A stretch of DNA of 64,000 nucleotides, taken from IMG/VR virus record IMGVR_UViG_3300009506_000003, positions 68,594 through 132,593 of that record; one strand, given 5' to 3'. The translations under genes and the position numbers were made by a program. A model generated the notes under the pieces. That model ran no database searches, was not told the origin of the DNA, and saw only the letters and a program-made list of their open reading frames with translations. The DNA is from a virus. Every line of letters begins with the position of its first letter. Position 1 is the first letter of the stretch. Below are positions 63,941 to 64,000 of the stretch, in pieces.

Positions 63941-64000
63941 TGGAGCCGGTGACAGGAGTCGAACCTGCAACCCTCTGCTTACAAGGCAGACGCTCTTCCG
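63941..64000 (-). tRNA. tRNA-Thr(TGT), 5' end outside window
   Basis: TCTGC-CT-TGT-AA-GCAGA; T-arm; CCA. Confidence 0.88.

Noticed and set aside
1-64000. Alternative genetic code or stop-codon recoding
   Set aside because: Genes are intact under code 11, TAG/TGA/TAA all act as stops, and no suppressor tRNA is seen
1-64000. Abundant CTCGAG/GAGCTC hexamers as a regulatory repeat
   Set aside because: Explained by the preferred Leu (CTC) and Glu (GAG) codons

Overview
A 64-kb stretch of a large, GC-rich (roughly 60% by eye) dsDNA phage genome, probably a jumbo phage; the host may be myxobacterial or deltaproteobacterial (inference). From the left it carries minus-strand virion genes (baseplate-hub-like, tape-measure-like), an ATP-dependent DNA ligase, two tandem GroES genes, a -1 frameshifted G/GT-type gene pair and a RecA-like gene. 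About 30 kb of small accessory ORFs follow, including a histone-fold protein, a TOPRIM protein, a matrixin, an MT-A70 methyltransferase, a receiver domain and a DIP1984-like protein. The window also holds a tmRNA, several orphan structured RNAs and 18 tRNA genes on the minus strand. Main observation: each of the three tRNA cassettes whose 5' end lies in the window starts with a sigma70-type promoter and a tiny leader ORF enriched in codons for the amino acids of the downstream tRNAs. A Leu-rich leader precedes 4 tRNA-Leu, a Ser/Pro run precedes 2 tRNA-Ser plus 3 tRNA-Pro, and YQHCHQY precedes tRNA-His/Cys/Gln/Gln/Tyr. This suggests translation-coupled, tRNA-sensing control of phage tRNA supply. 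All calls come from manual reading; no searches were run.
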